Under the pieces are notes generated by a model, which saw nothing but the letters and a program-made list of their open reading frames with translations, made no database searches and was not told where the DNA came from. The translations under genes and the position numbers were made by a program. From an uncultured Gammaproteobacteria bacterium (GTDB lineage: Bacteria > Patescibacteriota > Microgenomatia > CAZETR01 > Amesbacteraceae), in assembly GCA_964543035.1 (NCBI GenBank), contig CAZIVL010000002.1, positions 58,340-122,339 of the forward strand: a DNA stretch of 64,000 nucleotides. The letters are read 5' to 3'. Positions 18,688-27,741 of the stretch are shown piece by piece (the stretch's first letter is position 1; every line of letters starts with the position of its first letter).

Positions 18688-20463
18688 GTGGTCGTGAAGA
18701 GTATTTGGAAAATCATCAAATTGTCGAAGCCCCAACATAAGTGGATTGGGGTGGCGTGTGTTCTGATCACCATTCAAGCAGTCCTTCAGCAGGCGACGCC
18801 CATCACTCTAAAATATGTAGTAGACGAGCTGGCAAAACAGATATCCTCTGGAAGTGGTGATTATCAGACTCTGTCTTATCTATTTGCTTTGATCTTGGTC
18901 ATAAACCTAGTAGGAGTACTCCTAAACACAATCAACCAAAGAATGGGAGATCATATTGCTTCTCGTCTAGGAAGATATCTGACGGAAAAATACTACAGGA
19001 AGATATTTACTCTACCGCAAAAATATTTTGACTCAGAAATATCCGGCAAGATAGTCGCTCAACTAAATAGAGGGATTGCCTCTATCCGCGAATTTGTGGG
19101 AGGGGCGACGAATTTTATAATGCCAGCCCTCCTGCAGGCAGTCTTTGGGGTAGGGGTGCTTATGTATTTTGATCCGGTGATCGGATTTTTGGCCCTGGCT
19201 GTATTTCCTGTTTATATCGCCATATCTTCGTATTCGACCAGACGATGGGGAATGTTGCAGGAGGAAAAGAATGTGCATGAGGATGCAACTCGGGGAAGAA
19301 TATCGGAAGCGGTCGGGAATATAAAACTCGTAAAAACTTACAACACGCAAAACAGCGAATGGAAATATGTGTCGGAAAAATACGATGTCATAAATCGCTT
19401 GTATGACCGGCAGTCGACGCAATATCATGTCCTAAACTTTGCCCGGGAGTTTGGACTGGAGGCAGTCCTTGTCATTATCCTATTTTTGATATTTAGAAAC
19501 ACATTTTTGGGATATCTGAGCTTGGGAGAAATGGTACTAATTATTCAGATACTCAATCAACTGAGGTGGCCACTGTTTGGAATGAGCTACATACTGGAAC
19601 AAGTACAAAGAGCGGAAGCGGACTCGAAGGCATTTTTTGAAGTGCTGGATGTGGAAGGACAGGAAGCATTTCAAACCAAAAAGATGGCCGCACTGTCAAA
19701 GACCCCTGAAATTGAGTTTGAGCACGTGAACTTTTCTTATGAGGACGGATCACCTGTTCTTTCGGATATCAATCTGAAATTGAGGTCTAAAGAAAAGATT
19801 GCCCTGGTGGGGAACTCGGGAGCCGGGAAGACGACACTGATTAACCTGATACTGAAACTATATGACCCCACGAGTGGTGAGATAAAACTAGGTGGCAAGG
19901 ACTACTCGAAGACGGATCACGCTTGGGTGAGAGAGCACATGGCCCTCGTGTTTCAGGAGAGCGAACTTTTTTCGGCGACCATCGCTGAAAATGTGGCGTA
20001 TGGACTGCAAGATGCGACTGAGCAACAGATCGTGGAGGCTTTGAAGCAGGCGAATGCATACGATTTTGTCATGAAATTTAAGGATGGTCTGAATGCACAA
20101 ATAGGGGAACGGGGAGTGAAACTGTCTGGTGGGCAGAGGCAAAGAATACAGATCGCACGAGCGATATTGCATGACAAACCGATACTGATACTGGATGAGG
20201 CTACGAGTAGTCTGGACTCAAATTCGGAGAGACAAGTGCAGGAAGCTCTCGAAAAACTGTTTAAGAATAGACTGGTCATAATCATTGCCCACAGATTTTC
20301 GACTATCCAAAATGTGGATAGAATAATAGTGTTGGATCAAGGAACTATCGTGGACTCGGGTACACCTAAGGATCTGGCTAAAAGAAAAGGCCTGTATACA
20401 GAACTGCTGCAATACCAAATCGAGGGCAACAAAAAACTTCTCTCTGCATATGAGATTTATTAG
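18688..20463 (+). CDS. ABC transporter, fused permease/ATP-binding exporter (MsbA/type I exporter-like), GTG start
   Basis: 591 aa; 6 TM N-domain; Walker A GNSGAGKTT, signature LSGGQRQRIQIARA, Walker B ILILDEATS, H-loop IIIAHR. Confidence 0.9.
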   Translation: MVVKSIWKIIKLSKPQHKWIGVACVLITIQAVLQQATPITLKYVVDELAKQISSGSGDYQTLSYLFALILVINLVGVLLNTINQRMGDHIASRLGRYLTEKYYRKIFTLPQKYFDSEISGKIVAQLNRGIASIREFVGGATNFIMPALLQAVFGVGVLMYFDPVIGFLALAVFPVYIAISSYSTRRWGMLQEEKNVHEDATRGRISEAVGNIKLVKTYNTQNSEWKYVSEKYDVINRLYDRQSTQYHVLNFAREFGLEAVLVIILFLIFRNTFLGYLSLGEMVLIIQILNQLRWPLFGMSYILEQVQRAEADSKAFFEVLDVEGQEAFQTKKMAALSKTPEIEFEHVNFSYEDGSPVLSDINLKLRSKEKIALVGNSGAGKTTLINLILKLYDPTSGEIKLGGKDYSKTDHAWVREHMALVFQESELFSATIAENVAYGLQDATEQQIVEALKQANAYDFVMKFKDGLNAQIGERGVKLSGGQRQRIQIARAILHDKPILILDEATSSLDSNSERQVQEALEKLFKNRLVIIIAHRFSTIQNVDRIIVLDQGTIVDSGTPKDLAKRKGLYTELLQYQIEGNKKLLSAYEIY

Positions 20464-20545
20464 TATTGGCAGGTGAACTACGGCTGCTTTTTAAAGCAAT
20501 TCATCTGCCTGTGATTTTGTATCAGTCCAAAGAGGGGAATGTATA

Positions 20546-20956
20546 ATGCTGTTGTTTATGGGAGAAATTGATTTTGAACAAAGATATTCTTTGGTGAAGT
20601 CAAAAGAGTTTGGGACCAAGTTAAATGCAGCTTGTCTGGAAATGGGACCTCAAAAAGTACTCCCAGACTATAGACACTTGTGGAGACCTAATAAACCTAC
20701 AGTGGGATACTGTTATGTGATCACCCGGTATCTCAAACACGTGTTTGGAGCTTATGCCGAAGGGAGGAGATTGTTGACTCCTGAAGGGGCCCATTATTTT
20801 ATCTGCTTACCAAATTTGAATGAGATATTGGATTTTGCTGTTGATAGGGAATTTCCGTATTCCGAGGGTCGGAAGAAAACTCTGAATAAGGGTCTTTGTA
20901 AAAGAGGAGTGCAACTCAGTGGATTGATGGGATATGAGTGGGTAGACAGCTTGTGA
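20546..20956 (+). CDS. hypothetical protein
   Basis: 136-aa ORF, several Cys/His, no recognised domain. Confidence 0.3.
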   Translation: MLLFMGEIDFEQRYSLVKSKEFGTKLNAACLEMGPQKVLPDYRHLWRPNKPTVGYCYVITRYLKHVFGAYAEGRRLLTPEGAHYFICLPNLNEILDFAVDREFPYSEGRKKTLNKGLCKRGVQLSGLMGYEWVDSL

Positions 20957-20968
20957 TAAGCTGGAAGT

Positions 20969-21283
20969 ATGGTAAAAAACCCGGTGGTGAGTGCGCTTCT
21001 GGCTTCGGGATATATAACACTGGTGGCAACCGTGATGCAGCTGGGGGCGAAGGTATCAAGGCCTGAGGACACATTTTTAGGACCGATTGCTTTTATCTCT
21101 GTATTTACACTGTCTGCGGCAGTCATGGTGTATCTATTTGGATTTGCCCCAGCCACACTGTATCTGGATGGTAAAAAGAAAGAAGCGGTAAAGCATTTTT
21201 TGCAGACACTAGCCAGCTTTGGGGTAATCACGATAGCTCTTCTGGTACTGGTCTTTTCGGGGGTACTTACAGGGAAGATGTAG
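20969..21283 (+). CDS. small membrane protein
   Basis: 104 aa, 3 hydrophobic helices. Confidence 0.3.
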   Translation: MVKNPVVSALLASGYITLVATVMQLGAKVSRPEDTFLGPIAFISVFTLSAAVMVYLFGFAPATLYLDGKKKEAVKHFLQTLASFGVITIALLVLVFSGVLTGKM

Positions 21284-21287
21284 GAGA

Positions 21288-22583
21288 TTATTTTCCTTGG
21301 TATAGGGCAAAGTCTTCAGTGTGAATTGAGCGAGATTTCATCCCTAGATCTGTCAACTGCTTTTTGAGTGAATCCATCATGGGGAGTGGGCCGCAAATAA
21401 AAACGTCCCGAGACAAAAGATCTGGAACCAGAGAGGCAATCTTTTTTGCATCTAGGCGACCTGATTCTTTGGATGAATACAGATGAAAATGAAATTGGGA
21501 ATTGGTCTTTGCTTGGGTTTCAAATTCGTTGATATACACAGCTTCGTTTGGGGTTGCCACTGCATAAATAAGATCAATCGTGTAAGGACTACCCTGATCC
21601 ATGTGTCTGCACATGCTCAAAAATGGAGTGATACCGATGCCGCCTGCTATCCAGATCTGATGAATGTTGGCTGTATTGAGATATGAAAATACCCCGTAAG
21701 GACCCTCAATAAGCACATGATCCCCAGGCTTTACTAATTTGAGTGTCTCGGTGTAATCGCCTAAAGATTTGGCGGCTATGCTGATGTCTGCCGTGTTGGG
21801 GTTACTAGTAAGAGAAAATGGATGAACCTCGGAACTGACACCTTTTGAGGATACTTCTAAAAATACGAATTGACCCGGTCGGTAGGTGAGACTTTTTGTT
21901 ATTGGGGAAAGACAGATTTCGGTGACTTCGCCTATTACAGTGGAGGAAGTGATTGTAAAGGGTAATCTGCGAACCATCTTTTTGAAGAACACTGTTCTAT
22001 ATATGAATGAAATTAAGGCAAGAGCAGAGAGAATAAGAAGATATCCTTTTAGGATGTAATTTTGGTTTAGATTTCCCGGCACAATTAACATATGGACAAT
22101 AGCTGCAGCAAAAGAAATACCTAATAACTGATGTGAAAGTTTCCATAGCTGATATTTTATTTTTGTAAAAAAAGTAATGGAAAGAAGAATGATCATGATA
22201 AACAACGCGATTCCTCCAATAAGATTTGCTGGAAGTGAGCGGGAGGGGATAAAAAATTGTGCGACGAATACGATAGAGGCAGGAAGATACTCTAGCGAAA
22301 GAAGTACGGGGTGGAAAAGAAGCAAGATAAGAGATATGGCACCTATGTAATGGTGATAAAAGTATATTCGGTTTAGGCCAACAAATATCTTTTCTAAAAA
22401 GTGATATCTGGCCGAGAGAATGAAATTGAGGGCAAATAAAGCCGTGCCTACGATAGCAGTAAGTTGTCCCAGCGAAACAATGGGGCTAGAGGACGATCTT
22501 GAAAAAAAATACCAGAGAAAAACTGGGCAAATTGTTATAATCGAGACGAATATTAATCCTTGTGACTCACGAAATGACCTCAT
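21288..22583 (-). CDS. ferric reductase-like flavocytochrome (FRD transmembrane domain + FAD-binding + NAD(P)-binding FNR-like domains)
   Basis: 431 aa; N-terminal 6-TM region with conserved His (HHYIGAISL...FHPVLL ... HQLLGISFAAAIVHMLIV), then RPGQFVFLE (FAD-binding RxYS-like) and GGIGITPFLSM (NAD-binding GGxGxxP). Confidence 0.75.
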   Translation of the reverse strand: MRSFRESQGLIFVSIITICPVFLWYFFSRSSSSPIVSLGQLTAIVGTALFALNFILSARYHFLEKIFVGLNRIYFYHHYIGAISLILLLFHPVLLSLEYLPASIVFVAQFFIPSRSLPANLIGGIALFIMIILLSITFFTKIKYQLWKLSHQLLGISFAAAIVHMLIVPGNLNQNYILKGYLLILSALALISFIYRTVFFKKMVRRLPFTITSSTVIGEVTEICLSPITKSLTYRPGQFVFLEVSSKGVSSEVHPFSLTSNPNTADISIAAKSLGDYTETLKLVKPGDHVLIEGPYGVFSYLNTANIHQIWIAGGIGITPFLSMCRHMDQGSPYTIDLIYAVATPNEAVYINEFETQAKTNSQFHFHLYSSKESGRLDAKKIASLVPDLLSRDVFICGPLPMMDSLKKQLTDLGMKSRSIHTEDFALYQGK

Positions 22584-23137
22584 ATAAGTATTATCTCATA
22601 GCAGTTCTCTTGGGTGTCGTAGTAGCGGTATTTTTATTGGGGTCTTTGAAGAAGGAGGCCACCAGAGCGGTAATTGTTACCAATCTGGGAAATATTGAGA
22701 TTGAACTGAATCCCAAGACGCCAAATGCGGTTGAGCATTTTGTCATGCGGGCGAGATCTGGATATTATGCGGGAACTAGATTTCATAGAGTAGTTCCAGG
22801 TCTCTTGATAGAAGGAGGAGATCCGTTGACTTCTGATTTGGAAAACAAGATCAAATGGGGGAAGGGTGGGAGTGGAAAGCTGTTTGATGATGAGATATTT
22901 GCAGAAGACAAGATGGTGAGGGGGGTCGTGGCGATGTCGAACCATGGCAAAAATACAAATGACACTCAATTTTTTATAGTAGCGGCGGAAGAAGTGCCGT
23001 GGTTGTCTGGACTACATACAATATTTGGGCGTGTAATATCGGGAATTGAATTGGTGGAAAATATTTCACGGATGGAGGCTGGGGTGACGGGAATACCGAA
23101 TGAGGAAATAAAAGTTATTAAGATAATCCTAAGATAA
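22562..23137 (+). CDS. cyclophilin-type peptidyl-prolyl cis-trans isomerase
   Basis: 191 aa with N-terminal TM; RFHRVVPGLLIEGGDP, GVVAMSNHGKNTNDTQFFIV, GLHTIFGRVISGIELVENI. Confidence 0.9.
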   Translation: MTHEMTSYKYYLIAVLLGVVVAVFLLGSLKKEATRAVIVTNLGNIEIELNPKTPNAVEHFVMRARSGYYAGTRFHRVVPGLLIEGGDPLTSDLENKIKWGKGGSGKLFDDEIFAEDKMVRGVVAMSNHGKNTNDTQFFIVAAEEVPWLSGLHTIFGRVISGIELVENISRMEAGVTGIPNEEIKVIKIILR

Positions 23138-23142
23138 CTTTT

Positions 23143-24447
23143 ATGAAACTAAACAAGATTCAAATTGCAGTGGGGGTATCGTTAGTTTTGTTTTTTGTAA
23201 CTGTCACAGGTCTAGTCGGAACAGGACTGTGGGTCATGAAATTTCAGGAGAAGAAATCTCTTCCAGAGAAGACAGAAGACGTGGTGGTAAACAGTGTCCT
23301 TTCGGTAGAGGATGTGGCGGTACATAAGACAGTTGGTGACTGTTGGATTATTATTTCCGGAAAAGTATATGCTGTGTCTGGTTATCTGGGAACACATCCT
23401 GGAGGGGCGCTAGTAATTGCTCCGTACTGTGGAAAAGATGCAACTGAGGCATTTGCAACTAAGGGACGAATGCCTGCAGAATCACATAGTGGGACGGCGA
23501 CTGGTTTGCTGGATGAATATTTTGTAGGAAATATTGGGGAGATAATCACACAGATGGTGCCAACTACTGGGCCTACTCTTGTACCTGGACAGATAACACC
23601 GACCTCTGTATCCAAGCAATCTGTGGGAAATACAAATACTCAAGTTTCTTTGACGAATTCTGAGGTGTCGTCTCACAATACACTTTCTAACTGTTGGCTC
23701 ATCATATCTGGCAATGTATACAATGTAACTAGTTATTTGTATCAACATCCAGGAGGTGCAAGTGCGATATCTCCATACTGTGGTAAAGATGGAACTACGG
23801 CTTTTGCCACCAAAAATAAAGGTTCGTCTCACTCGTCTGTCGCAAATAATTTATTGAACAATTATTTGATAGGCACCATAGGACAGTTGGTGGTACTTGC
23901 ACCGAGTCCTACGACAGCGGTAGTAATTTTTGTACCTACGAATACCCCGGTACCACAAAATTTGACCCTAACCTCATCTGAAGTCGCAACTCACAATACG
24001 TTGCAAAACTGCTGGATGATTATCTCCAATAATGTGTACAACATTACGAGCTACGTATATCAACATCCTGGTGGGTCATCGATCTTGGCACAGTATTGTG
24101 GACGCGAAGCAACTACCGCATTTCAAACACAGGGCGGGAGGGGGAGTCACTCTAACAATGCTTCAAATTTACTGAATAATTTTCTAATAGGAACTCTGAA
24201 TTCTTCAGTAGTCGTCAACCCAACTAACACACCAGGCCCGGGAGGTACAAATCCAACTGCGACTCCAGCATCTTTTGGAGGAAGCTTGCCGGCTGCGATT
24301 ACAAACATGTACCCCGGGGCAACCAAAAAAAGTGGGGGATACGAAGATAATGGAAGTTGGGAAGGGAAGATAAATACCTCCTCTGGACAATGCAGGGAGA
24401 TGAAAGTTAATAGTTCGGGAAGTATAACTGAGAACCAAAGCTGCTAA
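23143..24447 (+). CDS. membrane-anchored protein with three tandem cytochrome b5-like heme-binding domains
   Basis: 434 aa; N-terminal TM; three repeats of about 100 aa each with HPGG and downstream SHS (VHKTVGDCWIIISGKVYAVSGYLGTHPGGALVIAPYCGKDATEAF...SHS; SHNTLSNCWLIISGNVYNVTSYLYQHPGGASAISPYCGKDGTTAF...SHS; THNTLQNCWMIISNNVYNITSYVYQHPGGSSILAQYCGREATTAF...SHS). Confidence 0.75.
   Translation: MKLNKIQIAVGVSLVLFFVTVTGLVGTGLWVMKFQEKKSLPEKTEDVVVNSVLSVEDVAVHKTVGDCWIIISGKVYAVSGYLGTHPGGALVIAPYCGKDATEAFATKGRMPAESHSGTATGLLDEYFVGNIGEIITQMVPTTGPTLVPGQITPTSVSKQSVGNTNTQVSLTNSEVSSHNTLSNCWLIISGNVYNVTSYLYQHPGGASAISPYCGKDGTTAFATKNKGSSHSSVANNLLNNYLIGTIGQLVVLAPSPTTAVVIFVPTNTPVPQNLTLTSSEVATHNTLQNCWMIISNNVYNITSYVYQHPGGSSILAQYCGREATTAFQTQGGRGSHSNNASNLLNNFLIGTLNSSVVVNPTNTPGPGGTNPTATPASFGGSLPAAITNMYPGATKKSGGYEDNGSWEGKINTSSGQCREMKVNSSGSITENQSC
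23300..24150 (+). repeat. three tandem intragenic repeats of about 300 bp (cytochrome b5 domain triplication)
   Basis: Protein-level repeat seen directly in the translation; DNA copies have diverged. Confidence 0.6.
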
Positions 24448-24474
24448 GCAGTTTGATATTATAAGGAATAGATT

Positions 24475-25806
24475 ATGAGAATTAAATTCTTGGGGGCAGC
24501 GGGGACGGTGACGGGATCATCTTATGCTCTGACCTCTGATTCGGGAACATCGATACTTATTGATCTGGGAATGTTTCAGGGGACGTATGAAATCGATAAA
24601 CTAAATTATCAGAATTATGACTATGATCCCAGTAAGTTATCGGGAGTAGTGCTCACTCACGCGCATCTGGATCACTGTGGCAGATTGCCGATACTAATCC
24701 CCAAGGGATTTGTGGGAAACATCTGGATGACAGAACCCACGCGAGATCTGACTGAAATATCGCTTCTGGATTCGGCAAAGATCGCAAAATATGATAAGAA
24801 AAAAGCGCTATATGATGAGGAGCAGGTGTATAAAACCACAGATAAATTTAAAACGACTGGATATGGAAAACAATTTGAAGTGGAAGATTTTTTGGTCACA
24901 ATGCGGGATGCGGGACACATGTTGGGATCGACTTCACTGGAAATAATAGATACCAGAGCAAAATCTGATATCAAAAAAATTGTATTCTCAGGAGATCTGG
25001 GGAACACACCAGAAGAATTGGTACGAGAAACGGAGACAATAACAGATGCGGATGTAGTGGTCATGGAATCCACATATGGAGGAAGGATGCACCCTCTCGA
25101 AAACCCAGTAGATGTGATCGCGAATGAAATAAATATCGTCCAAAAGACAGGGGGAACTCTACTCATCCCGGCCTTTTCACTGGAAAGAACTCAGGAGCTA
25201 CTGCATATGATCAAACACTTGATACTTCTTAAAAAAATATCTTCCAACACGCCAATATTTATGGATGGGCCGATGGCCAAGAAGGCGACGGCAGTGTATC
25301 TGAAATATCCGGATCTGTTTAACCCACATATACAATCTGAGATGAGAGATGAGAACCCATTTTCTTTTGAAAGTCTGGAAGAAGAGATGCGAGATGTGTC
25401 GGGGACAAAAGTCATAATAGCAGGATCAGGAATGATGATGGGGGGAAAGATAATGGAGCATGCAAAAAGATACTTGCCTGACTCTGATAATAGAATACTT
25501 ATTGTGGGGTATCAGGGAGAAGGTACTGTGGGAAGACAAATACTGGAGGGAGAAAAAGTGGTGGAAATATATGGCGAAAAAGTCACAGTGCTGGCAAATG
25601 TAAATAGTACTCAGGCCATGAGCTCGCACGCTGACTCGGGACAACTCGTCTCGTGGCTGGGTGCTATAAAAGGAGTCAAAAAAGTATTTTTGACCCACGG
25701 GGAAGATGAATCGAGAGTGGCTCTCGCAAGCGAGGTCAAAGAGAAATTGGGGATAGGGGATATCTCTCTGCCTGTTTTGAATCAAGAAGTATCATTATCC
25801 AGTTGA
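24475..25806 (+). CDS. MBL-fold metallo-hydrolase of the beta-CASP family (RNA-metabolising, RNase J/CPSF-like)
   Basis: 443 aa; VLTHAHLDHCGRLP (HxHxDH), downstream GHMLGS, and beta-CASP motifs (ESTYGG, ...SSHAD). Confidence 0.8.
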   Translation: MRIKFLGAAGTVTGSSYALTSDSGTSILIDLGMFQGTYEIDKLNYQNYDYDPSKLSGVVLTHAHLDHCGRLPILIPKGFVGNIWMTEPTRDLTEISLLDSAKIAKYDKKKALYDEEQVYKTTDKFKTTGYGKQFEVEDFLVTMRDAGHMLGSTSLEIIDTRAKSDIKKIVFSGDLGNTPEELVRETETITDADVVVMESTYGGRMHPLENPVDVIANEINIVQKTGGTLLIPAFSLERTQELLHMIKHLILLKKISSNTPIFMDGPMAKKATAVYLKYPDLFNPHIQSEMRDENPFSFESLEEEMRDVSGTKVIIAGSGMMMGGKIMEHAKRYLPDSDNRILIVGYQGEGTVGRQILEGEKVVEIYGEKVTVLANVNSTQAMSSHADSGQLVSWLGAIKGVKKVFLTHGEDESRVALASEVKEKLGIGDISLPVLNQEVSLSS

Positions 25807-25960
25807 GTACTTTGTATGGCACCGATACTCGCCCACCCGCGCGGTTATCTGCATTCTCGCTAGCCACCGAACCATAATCTTAATCTTATTACTCACCACA
25901 CAGGCTAGCTGCGAAATTCTGCCCACAAAGTACATCAACTAGGATAATATTTATTAAGAC

Positions 25961-26938
25961 ATGATAAAGCGGGTAGATGTTTTGGTGACAATTCTAGTTT
26001 TTTTGGTGGCTGCAATCGACTGCTACAAATATCCGGATAAGGTATTTAAATTGATTGGGGTGGATTCGGGAGTGATATTACTGGGATTTGTGGTACTGGC
26101 TTTGGTGCTACGCCTTAAGAACTATCAGTTCTCAAACATACTGAAAAAGGTAAATGGATATCTGGTGATGCCTGCTTCAGTCGTATTGGCCGTGAGTGTG
26201 GCAATCGTGAATGATATGACCTCGGTGAATTATGTGTATTCCCAATACGGATTGAATATCCATAGACTGGGATATATGGCTCTCGGGAGTGTGGCCCTAC
26301 AACTAATAATGCTGGGAGACACATGGTGGAAGAAAAATTGGGAGAGAGCAATATTTTGGGGAGCAGTATTGGGATCGGGGATACTTTTCCTAATAAGCCT
26401 GTGGCCTTTTGATTACTTTTTGCGGCTGGTTTCGGAAGACCATCTGATTGAGTACCTGCAATTTTTTGCTGTATTTGCCTCTGGAATTTTGGCCTGGGTT
26501 ACATCTTGGAAAGTGTATCCAAAAAACAAATTTTGGGGAATTTGTTTTTTGCTCTTTGGAGCAGGACTCCTGTTTGTGGCTGGAGATGAGATATCGTGGG
26601 GGCAAAGACTCTTTGGCCTAACTACCCCGGAATCGCTGTCACAAATTAATGCCCAAAATGAAATAACTGCTCATAATATAAAAGCAATCAGTCCTTATAT
26701 CTGGTGGGGATATATGAGTGTGGGGATAGTCGGGAGTCTGGGATGGATGCTGTCGGCAAAATACTTTCATGTGCCTTGGTATGCGGCGCCTTATTTTGGG
26801 GCACTACTGGTGTACAACAGTCTGGCGCAGCCTGGAAGGATCCATGGAATAGGAGAATGGTCAGAAGTGGCAGAACTGGCTATGTATATGGGGATACTTA
26901 TTTACTGCGTGTACGCAAATCGGTTGAGTAGAGAGTAA
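25961..26938 (+). CDS. polytopic membrane protein, unknown function
   Basis: 325 aa, about 8 hydrophobic helices. Confidence 0.4.
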   Translation: MIKRVDVLVTILVFLVAAIDCYKYPDKVFKLIGVDSGVILLGFVVLALVLRLKNYQFSNILKKVNGYLVMPASVVLAVSVAIVNDMTSVNYVYSQYGLNIHRLGYMALGSVALQLIMLGDTWWKKNWERAIFWGAVLGSGILFLISLWPFDYFLRLVSEDHLIEYLQFFAVFASGILAWVTSWKVYPKNKFWGICFLLFGAGLLFVAGDEISWGQRLFGLTTPESLSQINAQNEITAHNIKAISPYIWWGYMSVGIVGSLGWMLSAKYFHVPWYAAPYFGALLVYNSLAQPGRIHGIGEWSEVAELAMYMGILIYCVYANRLSRE

Positions 26939-26981
26939 ATGATTTGTTGCTAAAGGCTAGGTGTGCAAATATAATGGTCGG

Positions 26982-27398
26982 ATGTCTGATGTGAGTGCAA
27001 AGAATAATGCGGTGGTGCATTTTGAAATGCCGTATGAGGATGCCAGTAGGGTAGCTGAGTTTTATAAAAAATCTTTTGGTTGGGATATGCAGGTGATGGG
27101 AGAGCAATGGGGAGGATATGTGATGGCAATGACAACTGACTCCACGCAAGATGGACCGAAAAATCCGGGAGCTATCAATGGAGGATTTTTCCCCAAGAGT
27201 CCTACTTATCCTGCTGTTACGACAGTAGTGGTGCAAGTGGTGAATCTGGAAGAGGCAATGAAGAAAGTGACCGAGGCAGGAGGAAAACTACTCCTCCCTA
27301 AACCTATGGAGATCCCACAAGTGGGGCTGTATATGGCGATAGAAGATAGTGAAGGCAATCGAGTGGGTGTGCTACAACCTGCTCCAACGAATGGGTAA
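26982..27398 (+). CDS. VOC family (glyoxalase-like) protein
   Basis: AVVHFEMPYEDASRVAEFYKKSFGWDM and EDSEGNRVGVLQP fit the glyoxalase/bleomycin-resistance fold; the start at the MSDV Met is chosen over the upstream ATG at 26961. Confidence 0.6.
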   Translation: MSDVSAKNNAVVHFEMPYEDASRVAEFYKKSFGWDMQVMGEQWGGYVMAMTTDSTQDGPKNPGAINGGFFPKSPTYPAVTTVVVQVVNLEEAMKKVTEAGGKLLLPKPMEIPQVGLYMAIEDSEGNRVGVLQPAPTNG

Positions 27399-27741
27399 AG
27401 CACCTGACATCGAAGAAATAAAAAGAATTGCTGAGAAGAACTGGCCTATTGCATTGCCCTTGGTGGGTGGGCTGGCTGCAATTTCCGCTGTAGTGTATCT
27501 AACCTGGTCACTCAAGAGGCGGGCTGATGCTCATAAACAACAAGAAATTGATAAGGCTATGCAAACAGTTACAGGAATAGGAAATCCGGGAGCTTTGCTT
27601 CTGGAAGTGGCAGAAGTGCTGCCTGAGGTAGATTCAACGGCCGCTGGGATAGCTGCGAGAATGGCGAAGAAAATGAAAGGACCAAATGGTGAAGCTATGC
27701 AAGTTGTAGCTCAGAATGCAAAAACTAGGGTGATAAAGTAG
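27391..27741 (+). CDS. hypothetical membrane-anchored protein
   Basis: ORF with one TM (IALPLVGGLAAISAVVYLTW); it overlaps the VOC gene end by a few bases, so the real start is uncertain. Confidence 0.3.
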   Translation: MGKAPDIEEIKRIAEKNWPIALPLVGGLAAISAVVYLTWSLKRRADAHKQQEIDKAMQTVTGIGNPGALLLEVAEVLPEVDSTAAGIAARMAKKMKGPNGEAMQVVAQNAKTRVIK

